From an uncultured Gemmatimonadales bacterium (GTDB taxonomy: Bacteria > Gemmatimonadota > Gemmatimonadetes > Gemmatimonadales > GWC2-71-9): DNA of 64,000 nucleotides. Below the pieces are notes generated by a model, which did not search any database, was not told where the DNA came from, and was given only the letters and a program-made list of their open reading frames with translations. The translations under genes were made by a program, and so were the position numbers. Shown here piece after piece: positions 10,181 through 19,716 of the stretch; position 1 is the stretch's first letter; the number at the start of each line of letters is the position of its first letter. Location of the stretch: positions 864,001 through 928,000 of the forward strand of contig CAVOGR010000001.1 in NCBI GenBank assembly GCA_963695555.1. The letters are read 5' to 3'.

Positions 10181-12565
10181 ATGACCGAGCGGCTGACGGA
10201 AGTGCCTGTCACGCGGCAGGATGACCCCATCCTCCACGCGCTCCGCGATGCGACCATCGGGGACTATGAAATCCTCGCGGAGTTGGGTCGCGGTGGCATG
10301 GCGGTGGTCTACCTGGCGCACGACCTCGCCCTGGATCGCAAGGTGGCCATCAAGGTCATGTTTCCCGCCTTGCTTGCGGGCGAGGGGACCGCCGAGCGAT
10401 TCAAGCGGGAGGCCCGCACGGCGGCGTCGCTCACCCATCCCAATATCATCCCGATCTACGCCGTCAAGGAACACGAGTCGCTGCTCTATTTCGTCATGCA
10501 GTTCGTCGGAGGGCGGGGTTTGGACTCCGTCATCGAGGAACGCGGGCAGCTGCCGGTTGCCATGGTGCAGGCCATTCTCAATCAGGTCGGGGAGGCGCTC
10601 GAATACGCTCACCACCGCGGCGTCATCCATCGCGGACATCAAGCCCGGGAACATTCTGCTGGACGAGGAAGGCCGGGCGATCGTGACGGACTTCGGCATC
10701 GCGAAGGTCTCGGCCGCGGACAGCATCACGCGGACCGGCGGCGTCGTCGGGACGCCCTCGTATATGAGTCCCGAGCAGTGCACCGCCGGCGAGGTGACCG
10801 GCGCGTCGGACCAATACTCGCTCGGCTTGGTCGGCTACGAGATGTTGACGGGGAGCCGCCCCTTCATGGGCGAGAGCATGATGCAGTTGATGTATCTCCG
10901 GTGCACCGCGGATCCCGCGCCGATTCCCGACACTCGACCCGATTGTCCGCGCGACCTCGAGCAGGCCGTCATGCGGATGCTCCGACGGGAACCGGAACGA
11001 CGCTGGCCCACCGTCGCGGCGGCGGTGACGGCGGTTGGCAGCCCGTCGACCGGCGAGCGCGCCGCTGTTCGGAAGGAAATGGCAGAGCTGGCCAAAGCAG
11101 GGCGCTCCAGGCGAATCAGCATGGGAATCCGCACCCCAACGAGCCCGGTCCCCGATACGAGGCGGCAGGTGGCCGCCCGAGCCGGAGGCGAGTCGCTGGA
11201 TCGCGCCAGACGCTGGCCCTCTTGGCGCTCGGTCCTCCGCTGGGCGGTGCCGGCCCTCGCCGTTCTTGCCGTTGCCATATGGATTCTGGCGCGCGGTCTC
11301 GACTCAGCGGCGCCCGGAAGCACGGTCGTCCCGATCGAGGATGCCGCCGCGCCGCCGCTGACATCGCCGGTCGTCGCGAGCCTCGAACTCATCCCGCCAT
11401 CGCTCACGCTCCAGGCCGGCGACGCGTCCCGGCTCGTTGCACGGGCCGTCGGCGCTGCCGGCGACCCAATCCCCAGGCAACGGTCGAATTGGAGACCAGT
11501 GATCCGTCGATTGCACGGCTCGCGGCCAACGGCATGGTCACCGCGGTTGCTGCCGGCCGCGCCACGATTACCGCTCGGAGCGGAACCGCGCTCGCCAGCG
11601 CCCCGATAACGGTTCTCGCGCCCCCGCCCCCGTCCCCATCCGCTGCTCCACGTGGCCCGGCGGCTACCGCGAGCTCCGCCGTGCGCGCCATCGCGCTTGC
11701 TCCCCTGCTCGATACGCTCGTGGTGGGGACGACCCGGGTCTTCTCCGCGGAGCCACAGAGCGCAACCGGCACGCCCTTGGCGGGACGAACCGTGACCTGG
11801 AATTCGAGCAATCCTGCGGTTGCCGGCGTGTCCCCCGGCGGCGTGGTCACCGCGCTCAGCGAGGGCAGCACGCGCATCACCGTGGAGAGCGAAGGGGTGT
11901 CTCGAGGTGCCACCCTGGTGGTCGTACCCGCTCCCGTCGCAACAGTGGAGATCACCCCCAACGCACCGACGATTCCGGTCGGGGGGAGCGTTGCCTTGAT
12001 GGCCGTTCTCAGGGACGCCGTGGGACGGGCACTCGGAGACCGTGCGATCGCCTGGTCGTCCGACGCCCCAGGCATCGCGTCGGTCTCGCCGACGGGCAGC
12101 GTCTCGGGCGTTGCCATGGGAACCGCTCGCATTACGGCATCCAGCTCCGGCCGTGCCGGACAGGTGACGGTGACCGTCACCGCCGGCCCGTCGGCTTCGG
12201 CCGCGCCGGTCGAAGCTCCGCCCACGGCCGAGGACATCCGCCGCGGCGTCGAGCGCGCGATCCTGGCCTTTGGTCGGGCGGTCGAGTCGCGGGATATCGC
12301 CGAGCTCCGCCGGGTCTATCCGGGCATGTCGCAGGCGCAGGAGCAAGCGTATGCCGGGCTCTTTCGAAACGTGCCACGGTTCACCGTGGCGCTGACGGTG
12401 GATCGCGCACTGGATGTCCAGGGTAGTGTCGCACGCGCGACCGGGATTGCCCGCTATCACTATTACGAGCCGCGCGATCTCGAGCGAACGTTTCCCTACA
12501 GCGCCGCCCTCGAGTACGTGGCCGGGGTGTGGCGGCTCACCTCCATGGTCTTCGCCGAGGAGTAG
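10181..12565 (+). CDS. Hanks-type Ser/Thr protein kinase with TM helix and three extracytoplasmic Ig-like (Big_2) repeats; two compensating frameshifts (~10634, ~11474)
   Basis: LGRGGMAVV, VAIK and IHR in frame 10007 continue as DIKPGN, DFG, YMSPE and a TM helix in frame 10221. Frame 10007 resumes with repeats such as WNSSNPAVAGVSPGGVVTALSEGSTRI. Confidence 0.85.
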   Translation: MTERLTEVPVTRQDDPILHALRDATIGDYEILAELGRGGMAVVYLAHDLALDRKVAIKVMFPALLAGEGTAERFKREARTAASLTHPNIIPIYAVKEHESLLYFVMQFVGGRGLDSVIEERGQLPVAMVQAILNQVGEALEYAHHRGVIHRGHQAREHSAGRGRPGDRDGLRHREGLGRGQHHADRRRRRDALVYESRAVHRRRGDRRVGPILARLGRLRDVDGEPPLHGREHDAVDVSPVHRGSRADSRHSTRLSARPRAGRHADAPTGTGTTLAHRRGGGDGGWQPVDRRARRCSEGNGRAGQSRALQANQHGNPHPNEPGPRYEAAGGRPSRRRVAGSRQTLALLALGPPLGGAGPRRSCRCHMDSGARSRLSGARKHGRPDRGCRRAAADIAGRREPRTHPAIAHAPGRRRVPARCTGRRRCRRPNPQATVELETSDPSIARLAANGMVTAVAAGRATITARSGTALASAPITVLAPPPPSPSAAPRGPAATASSAVRAIALAPLLDTLVVGTTRVFSAEPQSATGTPLAGRTVTWNSSNPAVAGVSPGGVVTALSEGSTRITVESEGVSRGATLVVVPAPVATVEITPNAPTIPVGGSVALMAVLRDAVGRALGDRAIAWSSDAPGIASVSPTGSVSGVAMGTARITASSSGRAGQVTVTVTAGPSASAAPVEAPPTAEDIRRGVERAILAFGRAVESRDIAELRRVYPGMSQAQEQAYAGLFRNVPRFTVALTVDRALDVQGSVARATGIARYHYYEPRDLERTFPYSAALEYVAGVWRLTSMVFAEE

Positions 12566-12576
12566 CGACATTCGCA

Positions 12577-13914
12577 ATGATGAACCGATACGTTGTGGTA
12601 CTGCTTGCCGGGTTGACGCTGGCGCCGTCCATCCAGGCCCAGGCGTTGCGCGATCAGATCAATGAATTGTTCATCTTCGGTTCCGGCGAGGACCAACTCT
12701 TCCTTGCCGGCACGGCCGATCCTAATAACCCTGCGTCGGTCCAGGCGCACGGCGCGCATTTCGTGCCGTCAGCGGTATCTAGTAACGGGAACCTGATTTC
12801 CTTTCTCACGTCCTCGCTTGGGGCCAACGTCTCGAACATTCCAATCAGCGCAACCAGCAGCGGGACGACGTTCCGCTTCCAGGCAGGCGTGCCGGTCCCG
12901 ACGTCCACCTCCGCCGGGCCGATCTTTGCGGAGCGCGCGCAGACCTTGGGACGCGGGCGGGTGTTGATCGGCGCCAGCGTGAGCTCGCTTCACTTCAAGA
13001 GCCTCCGCGGGGTGGACCTCGATGCCATCCGGCTCAACTTCACGCACGCGAACACGGATTTTCCGGGGTGCGATAGCATCTTCGGGGGCGATTGTAGCCT
13101 CCAGGGCATCCCGGTGCTCGAAAACGACTTCATCGAAATGGATCTCGACCTGGACATCAACGTCCGGGCGATCTCGTTCGTGGTGACGTATGGCCTGCTG
13201 GACCGGGTCGATATCGGCGTCGCCCTGCCGATCATCACCACATCGCTCCGCGGCCGCAGCGAGGCCCAGGTGGTACCCTTTGGGGGCAATCAGGCCGCCC
13301 ACTTCTTCGGTGGCACCGTCGACAATCCGGATCTCTTTGCCTCACGGTTCGTGGAGGGATCGGCGACGGGCATCGGCGACCTCGCGGTCCGGGCGAAGGT
13401 GGCGGTCAGCGAGGCGCAGCGGGCGAAGTTCGCCGTGCTGGCCGACGCGAGGTTTGCCACCGGCACCGCCGAGGATTTTCTTGGCTCAGGCGAGTTCGCC
13501 CTGCGGGGAATCGGGATTCTCTCAGCCCAGTTCGGCGCGTTTTCGCCTCACGCCAACCTGGGATACCTGTATCGTTCAGGGGAGCTGTCCAATGACGCGG
13601 TCTTGGCGACGGCCGGATTCGATCAATTGATGGCGCCCTGGGCCACGCTTGCGGTGGACATCGTGTCGGAATTCCAGGTGGGAGCCAATCGCCTTCAATT
13701 GCCTGGTGAGGTGGTGATCCAGGCGCCGTTTCGGCGCGTGATCCAGCCGACGACCATCCCGAACACGCGCGATGACCTCGTCAACGCCTCGCTCGGGTTC
13801 AAGTTCCTGACCTCGGCCGGGTTGAGCATCATCACCAACGCCATCTGGCCGCTCAATCGCGACGGGCTGCGCCCGGATGTGGTCTGGACCGCAGCGCTCG
13901 AGTACGGTTTCTGA
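12577..13914 (+). CDS. Putative outer-membrane beta-barrel protein
   Basis: Signal peptide (IQA-Q), alternating amphipathic strands, TYGLLDRVDIGVALP and GIGD motifs, C-terminal LEYGF beta-signal. Confidence 0.7.
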   Translation: MMNRYVVVLLAGLTLAPSIQAQALRDQINELFIFGSGEDQLFLAGTADPNNPASVQAHGAHFVPSAVSSNGNLISFLTSSLGANVSNIPISATSSGTTFRFQAGVPVPTSTSAGPIFAERAQTLGRGRVLIGASVSSLHFKSLRGVDLDAIRLNFTHANTDFPGCDSIFGGDCSLQGIPVLENDFIEMDLDLDINVRAISFVVTYGLLDRVDIGVALPIITTSLRGRSEAQVVPFGGNQAAHFFGGTVDNPDLFASRFVEGSATGIGDLAVRAKVAVSEAQRAKFAVLADARFATGTAEDFLGSGEFALRGIGILSAQFGAFSPHANLGYLYRSGELSNDAVLATAGFDQLMAPWATLAVDIVSEFQVGANRLQLPGEVVIQAPFRRVIQPTTIPNTRDDLVNASLGFKFLTSAGLSIITNAIWPLNRDGLRPDVVWTAALEYGF

Positions 13915-14375
13915 TGTCTGAGCCAACCAAGGGTCGAGCCGTGGACCAATCGACAACCGGCGCAGCTAAAACGAAGGCAATGTCCGACCTGGCGCGAGCA
14001 AGCTATGAGCGATGCTGCGCCGAGCCGGACTTCATCCCCGCGTTCTATCGGAATTTCTTTGCAGTGTGTCCGGAGGCGAGGCCACAGTTCGCCCACACCG
14101 ATTTCCGCCGGCAGCACAACCTGCTGCGTCACGCGTTGAGCCTGCTGCTGCTCTTTCCCAACAAGCCGGACCCAGAGGCGCGGAACCTGCTCCGGCGCGT
14201 GGCCGAACGGCACGGCCGGAATGATCTTGCGATCGACCCGTCGCTCTATGCACCGTTCGTTGACAGTTTGGTCACCACCGTGGGACAGTACGACCCCGAC
14301 TATTCTCCTGAGATCGAAGCCGCGTGGCGGGGCACGGTTGCGAAGGGCGTGGACTACATGATCTCCAAGTATTAG
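13914..14375 (+). CDS. Single-domain globin (alternative start at 13980)
   Basis: FY (B9/B10), PxxxxxF (CD1), Q (E7), proximal His in AERH, G-helix Y..F..SL, H-helix EAAW. Confidence 0.85.
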   Translation: MSEPTKGRAVDQSTTGAAKTKAMSDLARASYERCCAEPDFIPAFYRNFFAVCPEARPQFAHTDFRRQHNLLRHALSLLLLFPNKPDPEARNLLRRVAERHGRNDLAIDPSLYAPFVDSLVTTVGQYDPDYSPEIEAAWRGTVAKGVDYMISKY

Positions 14376-14522
14376 GGAATCGGCTCAGAGGTCGTGAGAA
14401 CGGCGGTCATTCGGGTTTTCCCGAGTTGGTCTCTCGGGCCGCGGCGTGTATCTTGGCTGTTCCGCCGGCGCCTGACAGGGGCGCACGCAGACACAGGGCT
14501 CTTCATGACGGAGGTGTGGTAG

Positions 14523-14750
14523 ATGCCAGAGAGGAGGCACGGCGATCGCCGGGAACTCTACGCCCGCGTGCATGCCCTCTATTCTAAGCAGTACCGTGGG
14601 ATCGATCCTAACCGCTGGTATAGGCTGAGTCCCCAGGGCCTCACGCCCGACGGACATTTCTGGATCGTCGACTACGGTGTCAAGGTCTACGCATCGAGAA
14701 AGCACTTCGAGATCGTGGACCGGCGTCCTGATCCTTCCATCGCATCCTAG
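14523..14750 (+). CDS. Small hypothetical protein (75 aa)
   Basis: GGAGGT RBS upstream of ATG; fills an otherwise empty gap; aromatic-rich composition unlike the GC shadow ORFs. Confidence 0.6.
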   Translation: MPERRHGDRRELYARVHALYSKQYRGIDPNRWYRLSPQGLTPDGHFWIVDYGVKVYASRKHFEIVDRRPDPSIAS

Positions 14751-14803
14751 ATCGACGCCGCTAACGGCGCACACGGCGTGCCCAGCCCGACATCCTCGCA
14801 GAT

Positions 14804-17704
14804 CTAGCGTCCTCGCTCGCCAGCCAGGGCTTCGATCATCGTATTCGCCTCTTCCACGAAGGGTCGGAGTTCCGGATCGGCGTTCCGCCACGCGTCCGTA
14901 ACGAATGAGAATGCCCGGATGGCTTCCTCTCTGTGACCCAGGCGCTCATGCACCCGGCCCCGTTCGAGCGCTACCATGACCGCCTCGACCGGCGGCACCT
15001 GTTCGAGGAGGAACGGCATGTGGTCGAGGAGCTCGATGGCTTCGGTGTCTCCCCCCGAGGCAACGAGAATGCGCGCCCGGGCCAGTTGCTCGTGAAAACA
15101 CGTGGAGCAGGGCCAGTTGGGGAGTACGGCGAAGCGTTCGAGCGCCCCAGCAGAATCGCCTCGTGCCAAAGTGAGATAGGCTTCTGTCGCCCGGGCGAAG
15201 AATCCTGCGGCGGCCTTCAAGGCGGCGGGGCCCTCCGCACTGAGCGAATCCCACCAAGTTGCGGCGATCTTCAGTGAGCTGGTATCGCGCGCCTCCGCCC
15301 AGGAGGGCAGAGCCGCATAGATCCCGGACCATCGCCGCTCGCGGAGCCATCGGTCGAACACCGCGCGCGCCGTATCGGCCGGGATCCGCCCCAGTCGGGC
15401 GAGCCCGGCGAAGAGCGCCGGGATACTGTCTCCCGCCAGCTCATAGGCCGCAGCGAGGTGCCCGCGGAACGCCAGCGATTGTCCTAAGGTGAGCGGTAAG
15501 GTCAGCCTTGCGTCCGATGCCGCCCAGGCGCGAGCGACCCGGATGGCGCTCTCAGCGGTATCCGGCCACCACTTGACGTCGTACCAGACCTGATAGAACT
15601 CCTCGGTCGAGAGCCCCTGCAGCATCTGGGCGACCTCCAGTGTTTCGGCGGTCTGCGGGTCGAGTAGGGCATAGGTCACGCGTTCCGCATTGGTGATCTG
15701 GCCCGGGCCCGCCCGCGCGAGATAGGCTTCCAGTACGACTCGGGCGGCCTCCGGGCCGTCGAGCCGCAAGGTCAGCTCCACCAGATGGCGGTAGGCCGGC
15801 ACAAAGGCCGAATCCAATCTGACCGCTCGAGCGAACGCGTCGCGAGCCTCCTCGCTCGTGACGCCAACCTCCGGACCGCGGTGATAGCGTGTCTCACCGA
15901 GCTGGTACCACACCTGCGGATCTAAGGGGTACTCACGCGCTGCCATCTCCACGGTGCGGAGTTCTCGCAGCCACATGGACCAGCTCGCCGAGTCGCCCGA
16001 AAACGCGCGCAAGGCTCCGCTCAGCGAATCTGCCGCAATCAGCAGACTCTCGCGACGGGCCAGGCCGTGATTGAGCTCGCCGGCACGGAGGAAGGAGGCG
16101 GAGACGGCAGGGTCACCCCTGAGGCTCCAGCCGAGGGTGTAGGCGAGGCGGTTGTACGCCAGCGCGAAGGTCGTGTCCAGCTCGATCGACCGCTCGTAAT
16201 GCTGCTGCGCCGAATCCAACTCGAAGCGTCGATAGTGCTGCTCTCCTTGCAGGAACTCCTTGAGGGCGGCTGGAGAGGCTGATCCGAGCGAGGCGAGGCG
16301 CCATGCCCCGAGTGCCCGGCGTCGGCTCAACTCCGTCATGATCCCCAAGGCGACGGAATCGGCCAGCCGGTCCACGCGATCGGCGACATCACGGAAGCCG
16401 AACTCGGCGATGATCTGCCTGAGTGAGGCGTCGTACAGCGTGGCGGCCACGCGCGCCGAATCGGCGCCGGCCGCAACGAGCCGCCCATAGACCACCAACC
16501 CCGCCCCAAGGCGTCGAGCCAGCTCTGCAGCCGCCCTCGGCTCGGTCCGCCCGCTCCAGTCCTTGATGACGGCGGATGGTGAAACGGCTTTGAGCGGACC
16601 TGCCCCATCGAGGCTCGCCGATAGCATGTCGACCAGCCCCTCCCGCCAAGTATCGAGACCGCCGCCCAGCACATCGAAGGGGGTCACTGCAATGATGTTG
16701 GGGTCGAGGGCCGGTCGAGAGCGGGAGCGCAGCACGACAACCGAGACGACGACAGCGGCCAGGAGTGTAGCGGCCGCGAGAATGCGAATCCTAGTTCGCC
16801 GCCCCCAAATCGGTCGCTTCTCAGCCAGGGGCCTCGTGGCGGTCGGGGTCGACAGCATCGCGAGTTGGGCCGTCAGCTGCTCCGCACTCTGATAGCGATC
16901 GGCCGGGTCCTTCTCCAGGCACCGCATGACGATCTGGGCCAGACCCGGGGGCAGAGCCGACTGGTGGGCCGTTACGGGGGGCGGCGTCTTGGTCACGTGC
17001 GCCGAGAGGATCGACTGCGGGGAGAGATCCACGAACGGCGGCCGACCGGTCAGAATCTCGTAGGCGACCACGCCGAAGGAATAAATGTCCGCACGATGGT
17101 CGACGTTTGGATCGCCAACCGCCTGCTCCGGCGAGCAATAGGCGGGCGTGCCGATGGAGAGCCCCCCGGTCGTGAGCGTTTCGGACTGTGCCGCCTCACG
17201 GAGCGCCTTGGCCACCCCGAAGTCGGTTACCAAGGCGTGCTGCCCCGACAACATGATGTTGCCGGGCTTGATGTCTCGGTGGATAACCCCGTGTGCGTGC
17301 GCGTATGCCAGGGCATCGGCGATGTCCCGCAGAATGCGGACACAATCTCCGACTGGCAGTGGACCGTCCCGCACGACCCGCTGCCGCAACGACTCGCCTT
17401 CGATGAGGGGCATCACGTAATAGAGGAAACCGCCCGCCTCGCCCGATTCGAGGAGAGGAACGATGTGCGGATGGACGAGATTGGCGGCGATCTGGATTTC
17501 CCGGAGGAACCGGTCCGGTCCAACGCCGGCCGACAACTCGGGGTGGAGCACTTTGATCGCAACCGTGCGGCCGTGCTTCAGGTCCCGGGCGAGATAGACC
17601 GTGGCCATTCCGCCGGTCCCGAGGGTGCCTTCAATGGCGTAGCGGTCACCCAGGACCGATTGGAAGCGGTTTAGTTGCTCGGCCGCTCTGCCTCTCAGGG
17701 CCAC
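14804..17704 (-). CDS. Ser/Thr protein kinase with TM, TolB-N-like domain and TPR repeats
   Basis: LGTGGMATV, VAIK, HRDIKPGN, DFG, SPE, ADIYSFG; TM LAAATLLAAVVVSVVVL; IAVTPF domain followed by TPR-like helices. Confidence 0.92.
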   Translation of the reverse strand: MALRGRAAEQLNRFQSVLGDRYAIEGTLGTGGMATVYLARDLKHGRTVAIKVLHPELSAGVGPDRFLREIQIAANLVHPHIVPLLESGEAGGFLYYVMPLIEGESLRQRVVRDGPLPVGDCVRILRDIADALAYAHAHGVIHRDIKPGNIMLSGQHALVTDFGVAKALREAAQSETLTTGGLSIGTPAYCSPEQAVGDPNVDHRADIYSFGVVAYEILTGRPPFVDLSPQSILSAHVTKTPPPVTAHQSALPPGLAQIVMRCLEKDPADRYQSAEQLTAQLAMLSTPTATRPLAEKRPIWGRRTRIRILAAATLLAAVVVSVVVLRSRSRPALDPNIIAVTPFDVLGGGLDTWREGLVDMLSASLDGAGPLKAVSPSAVIKDWSGRTEPRAAAELARRLGAGLVVYGRLVAAGADSARVAATLYDASLRQIIAEFGFRDVADRVDRLADSVALGIMTELSRRRALGAWRLASLGSASPAALKEFLQGEQHYRRFELDSAQQHYERSIELDTTFALAYNRLAYTLGWSLRGDPAVSASFLRAGELNHGLARRESLLIAADSLSGALRAFSGDSASWSMWLRELRTVEMAAREYPLDPQVWYQLGETRYHRGPEVGVTSEEARDAFARAVRLDSAFVPAYRHLVELTLRLDGPEAARVVLEAYLARAGPGQITNAERVTYALLDPQTAETLEVAQMLQGLSTEEFYQVWYDVKWWPDTAESAIRVARAWAASDARLTLPLTLGQSLAFRGHLAAAYELAGDSIPALFAGLARLGRIPADTARAVFDRWLRERRWSGIYAALPSWAEARDTSSLKIAATWWDSLSAEGPAALKAAAGFFARATEAYLTLARGDSAGALERFAVLPNWPCSTCFHEQLARARILVASGGDTEAIELLDHMPFLLEQVPPVEAVMVALERGRVHERLGHREEAIRAFSFVTDAWRNADPELRPFVEEANTMIEALAGERGR

Positions 17705-17923
17705 GGACCATGCTCCGGTCGGAGTCGACGCAATGGGGCTGGTTCCCTACGAGGTCGTCCTCGCACGGGATTCCCAAATGTCGCGCCGCGAGGAGGATTA
17801 GGGAACCTGTCCACAGGTCCACCAGCGAGGGTGCACACCCTCGTGCCTGCATGCGTGCGAAGGGTTCGCGTGCTCTCAGTTCGTGGTTTACCGTGTGATG
17901 TCCCAGCCACCGGTTCCTCCACC

Positions 17924-19462
17924 ATGCTTGCACGCGTCTTTTCCGCAGCCGTGCTCGGCATCGACGCCTATCTGGTCGACGTCGAGGCCGACATCTCGAA
18001 CGGGCTGCCGTCCTTCTCGACCGTCGGGCTTCCGCAGGGCGCGGTCAAGGAAGGCCGCGAGCGGGTAAGCGCGGCTTTGGGCAACGCGGGCTTTACCTTC
18101 CCGCTCAAGCGCACCACCATCAACCTGGCCCCGGCCGACATCCCGAAGCAGGGCTCGGCGTTCGATCTGCCCATCGCGCTCGGGATTCTCGCGGCGAGCG
18201 GCCAGGTCCCGCCCGACCTGCTCGAGCGTCACGCCTTCGTGGGCGAAGTGGGCCTCGAAGGCGGTCTCCGCCCCGTGCGAGGCGCCCTCTCCATGGCGCT
18301 GGCCGCCCGTGCGGCTGGCCTCAGCGGGATGGTGCTTCCGCTGGCGAACGCGGCCGAGGCCGCGGTGGTGGAGGGGTTCGAAGTGCGTGGGGCGCAGACC
18401 CTGCTCGAAGTATGCGGTTTTCTGACCGGGCAGCGCCCGCTGGTGCCGCACCGGGTCGATCTCGCGGCGCTCATGCGGGAGCGCGCCGCCGACACCGTCG
18501 ATTTCGCTGATGTCAAAGCCCAGCATGTCGCCAAGCGCGCGCTCGAGATAGCCGCAGCCGGCGGGCACAATATCCTGATGATCGGGCCGCCCGGGGCGGG
18601 GAAGACCATGTTGGCGCGCCGCCTCCCCACCATCCTGCCGACCATGTCGCTCGAAGAGGCGATCGAGACGACCAAAATCCACAGTGTCGCGGGCACGCTC
18701 CGGGCGGGCCACGCACTCTCGGCTGTGCGGCCGTTCCGGGCGCCGCATCACACCATCAGCGATGCCGGGCTCATCGGCGGCGGATCGCATCCGCGCCCGG
18801 GAGAGGTGAGCCTGGCCCACGGCGGCGTCTTGTTTCTGGATGAGCTGCCGGAGTTCAGGAAGAACGTGCTCGAGGTCATGCGGCAGCCCATGGAAGACGG
18901 CGTCGTGACGCTGAGCCGGGCTGCCATGAGCCTGACCTATCCCGCGCGGTTCATGCTCGCGGCTGCGATGAACCCGTGCCCGTGCGGGTATTACGGCGAC
19001 ACGACCCGCACCTGCCGCTGCGGGCCGATCGCGGTGGAGCGGTACTTGTCCCGTGTGTCGGGCCCGTTGCTCGACCGCATCGATATTCACCTTTCTGTGC
19101 CCGCCGTTGCCTATCAAGACCTCGCTGCCAAGCAATCCGGCGAGTTGAGTGTCGCAATCCGCGAGCGCGTGGAAGCGGCACGCCAACGGCAGCGCGAGCG
19201 GTTCCAGGGTCAGCAGGGCGTCCACGCCAATGCGCACATGACCCCGCGCGACCTCCGGCGCACCTGCCGGATCACCAGCGGCATCGACGCCCTGCTCAAG
19301 ACCGCCATCACCCGGCTCGGCCTCTCGGCCCGGGCCTATCATCGCGTGTTAAAAATTGCGCGGACCATTGCCGACTTGGCGGCGGTGCCGGAGCTCACGA
19401 CGGAGCACGTGAGCGAGGCCATTCAGTACCGGAGCCTGGATCGGGGCGTGGCGCGCGTGTGA
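17924..19462 (+). CDS. comM: YifB/ComM Mg-chelatase-like AAA+ ATPase
   Basis: INLAPADIPKQGSAFDLPIA, GPPGAGKT, PGEVSLAHGGVLFLDELPEF, MNPCPCG, SGPLLDRID, LSAR...ARTIADL. Confidence 0.95.
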   Translation: MLARVFSAAVLGIDAYLVDVEADISNGLPSFSTVGLPQGAVKEGRERVSAALGNAGFTFPLKRTTINLAPADIPKQGSAFDLPIALGILAASGQVPPDLLERHAFVGEVGLEGGLRPVRGALSMALAARAAGLSGMVLPLANAAEAAVVEGFEVRGAQTLLEVCGFLTGQRPLVPHRVDLAALMRERAADTVDFADVKAQHVAKRALEIAAAGGHNILMIGPPGAGKTMLARRLPTILPTMSLEEAIETTKIHSVAGTLRAGHALSAVRPFRAPHHTISDAGLIGGGSHPRPGEVSLAHGGVLFLDELPEFRKNVLEVMRQPMEDGVVTLSRAAMSLTYPARFMLAAAMNPCPCGYYGDTTRTCRCGPIAVERYLSRVSGPLLDRIDIHLSVPAVAYQDLAAKQSGELSVAIRERVEAARQRQRERFQGQQGVHANAHMTPRDLRRTCRITSGIDALLKTAITRLGLSARAYHRVLKIARTIADLAAVPELTTEHVSEAIQYRSLDRGVARV

Positions 19463-19716
19463 CGCGGGGAGGGAGGAGTGAGGAGTTGGAAGGACGGTGC
19501 GCTAGTCATCGCGGGGCTACCAGCCTCGAGCGGCGTCCCTTCGTGACTCCCTCGCTTGCCATCCTCCCGATTCGCCGGTAAATAGACTGTCGGACCCCGG
19601 GAGCTGCCCTGGCTCGCGGGCTCCGCCGTGACTCCCGTGATCGTCAGGCTCAGCTTGTCGGCCACGGGGTCGCGACATCCATGTTGGCACTCCGCTACGC
19701 GGTAGGAGAAGCGACA

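Noticed and set aside
10835..12577. Long antisense and alternative-frame ORFs (e.g. 10835-12577, 47292-48950, 53176-55038)
   Set aside because: Shadow ORFs expected in high-GC DNA opposite well-supported genes; no recognisable motifs.
17924..19462. comM as an integration site for a mobile element
   Set aside because: The gene is intact and no integrase or att-like direct repeats were seen.
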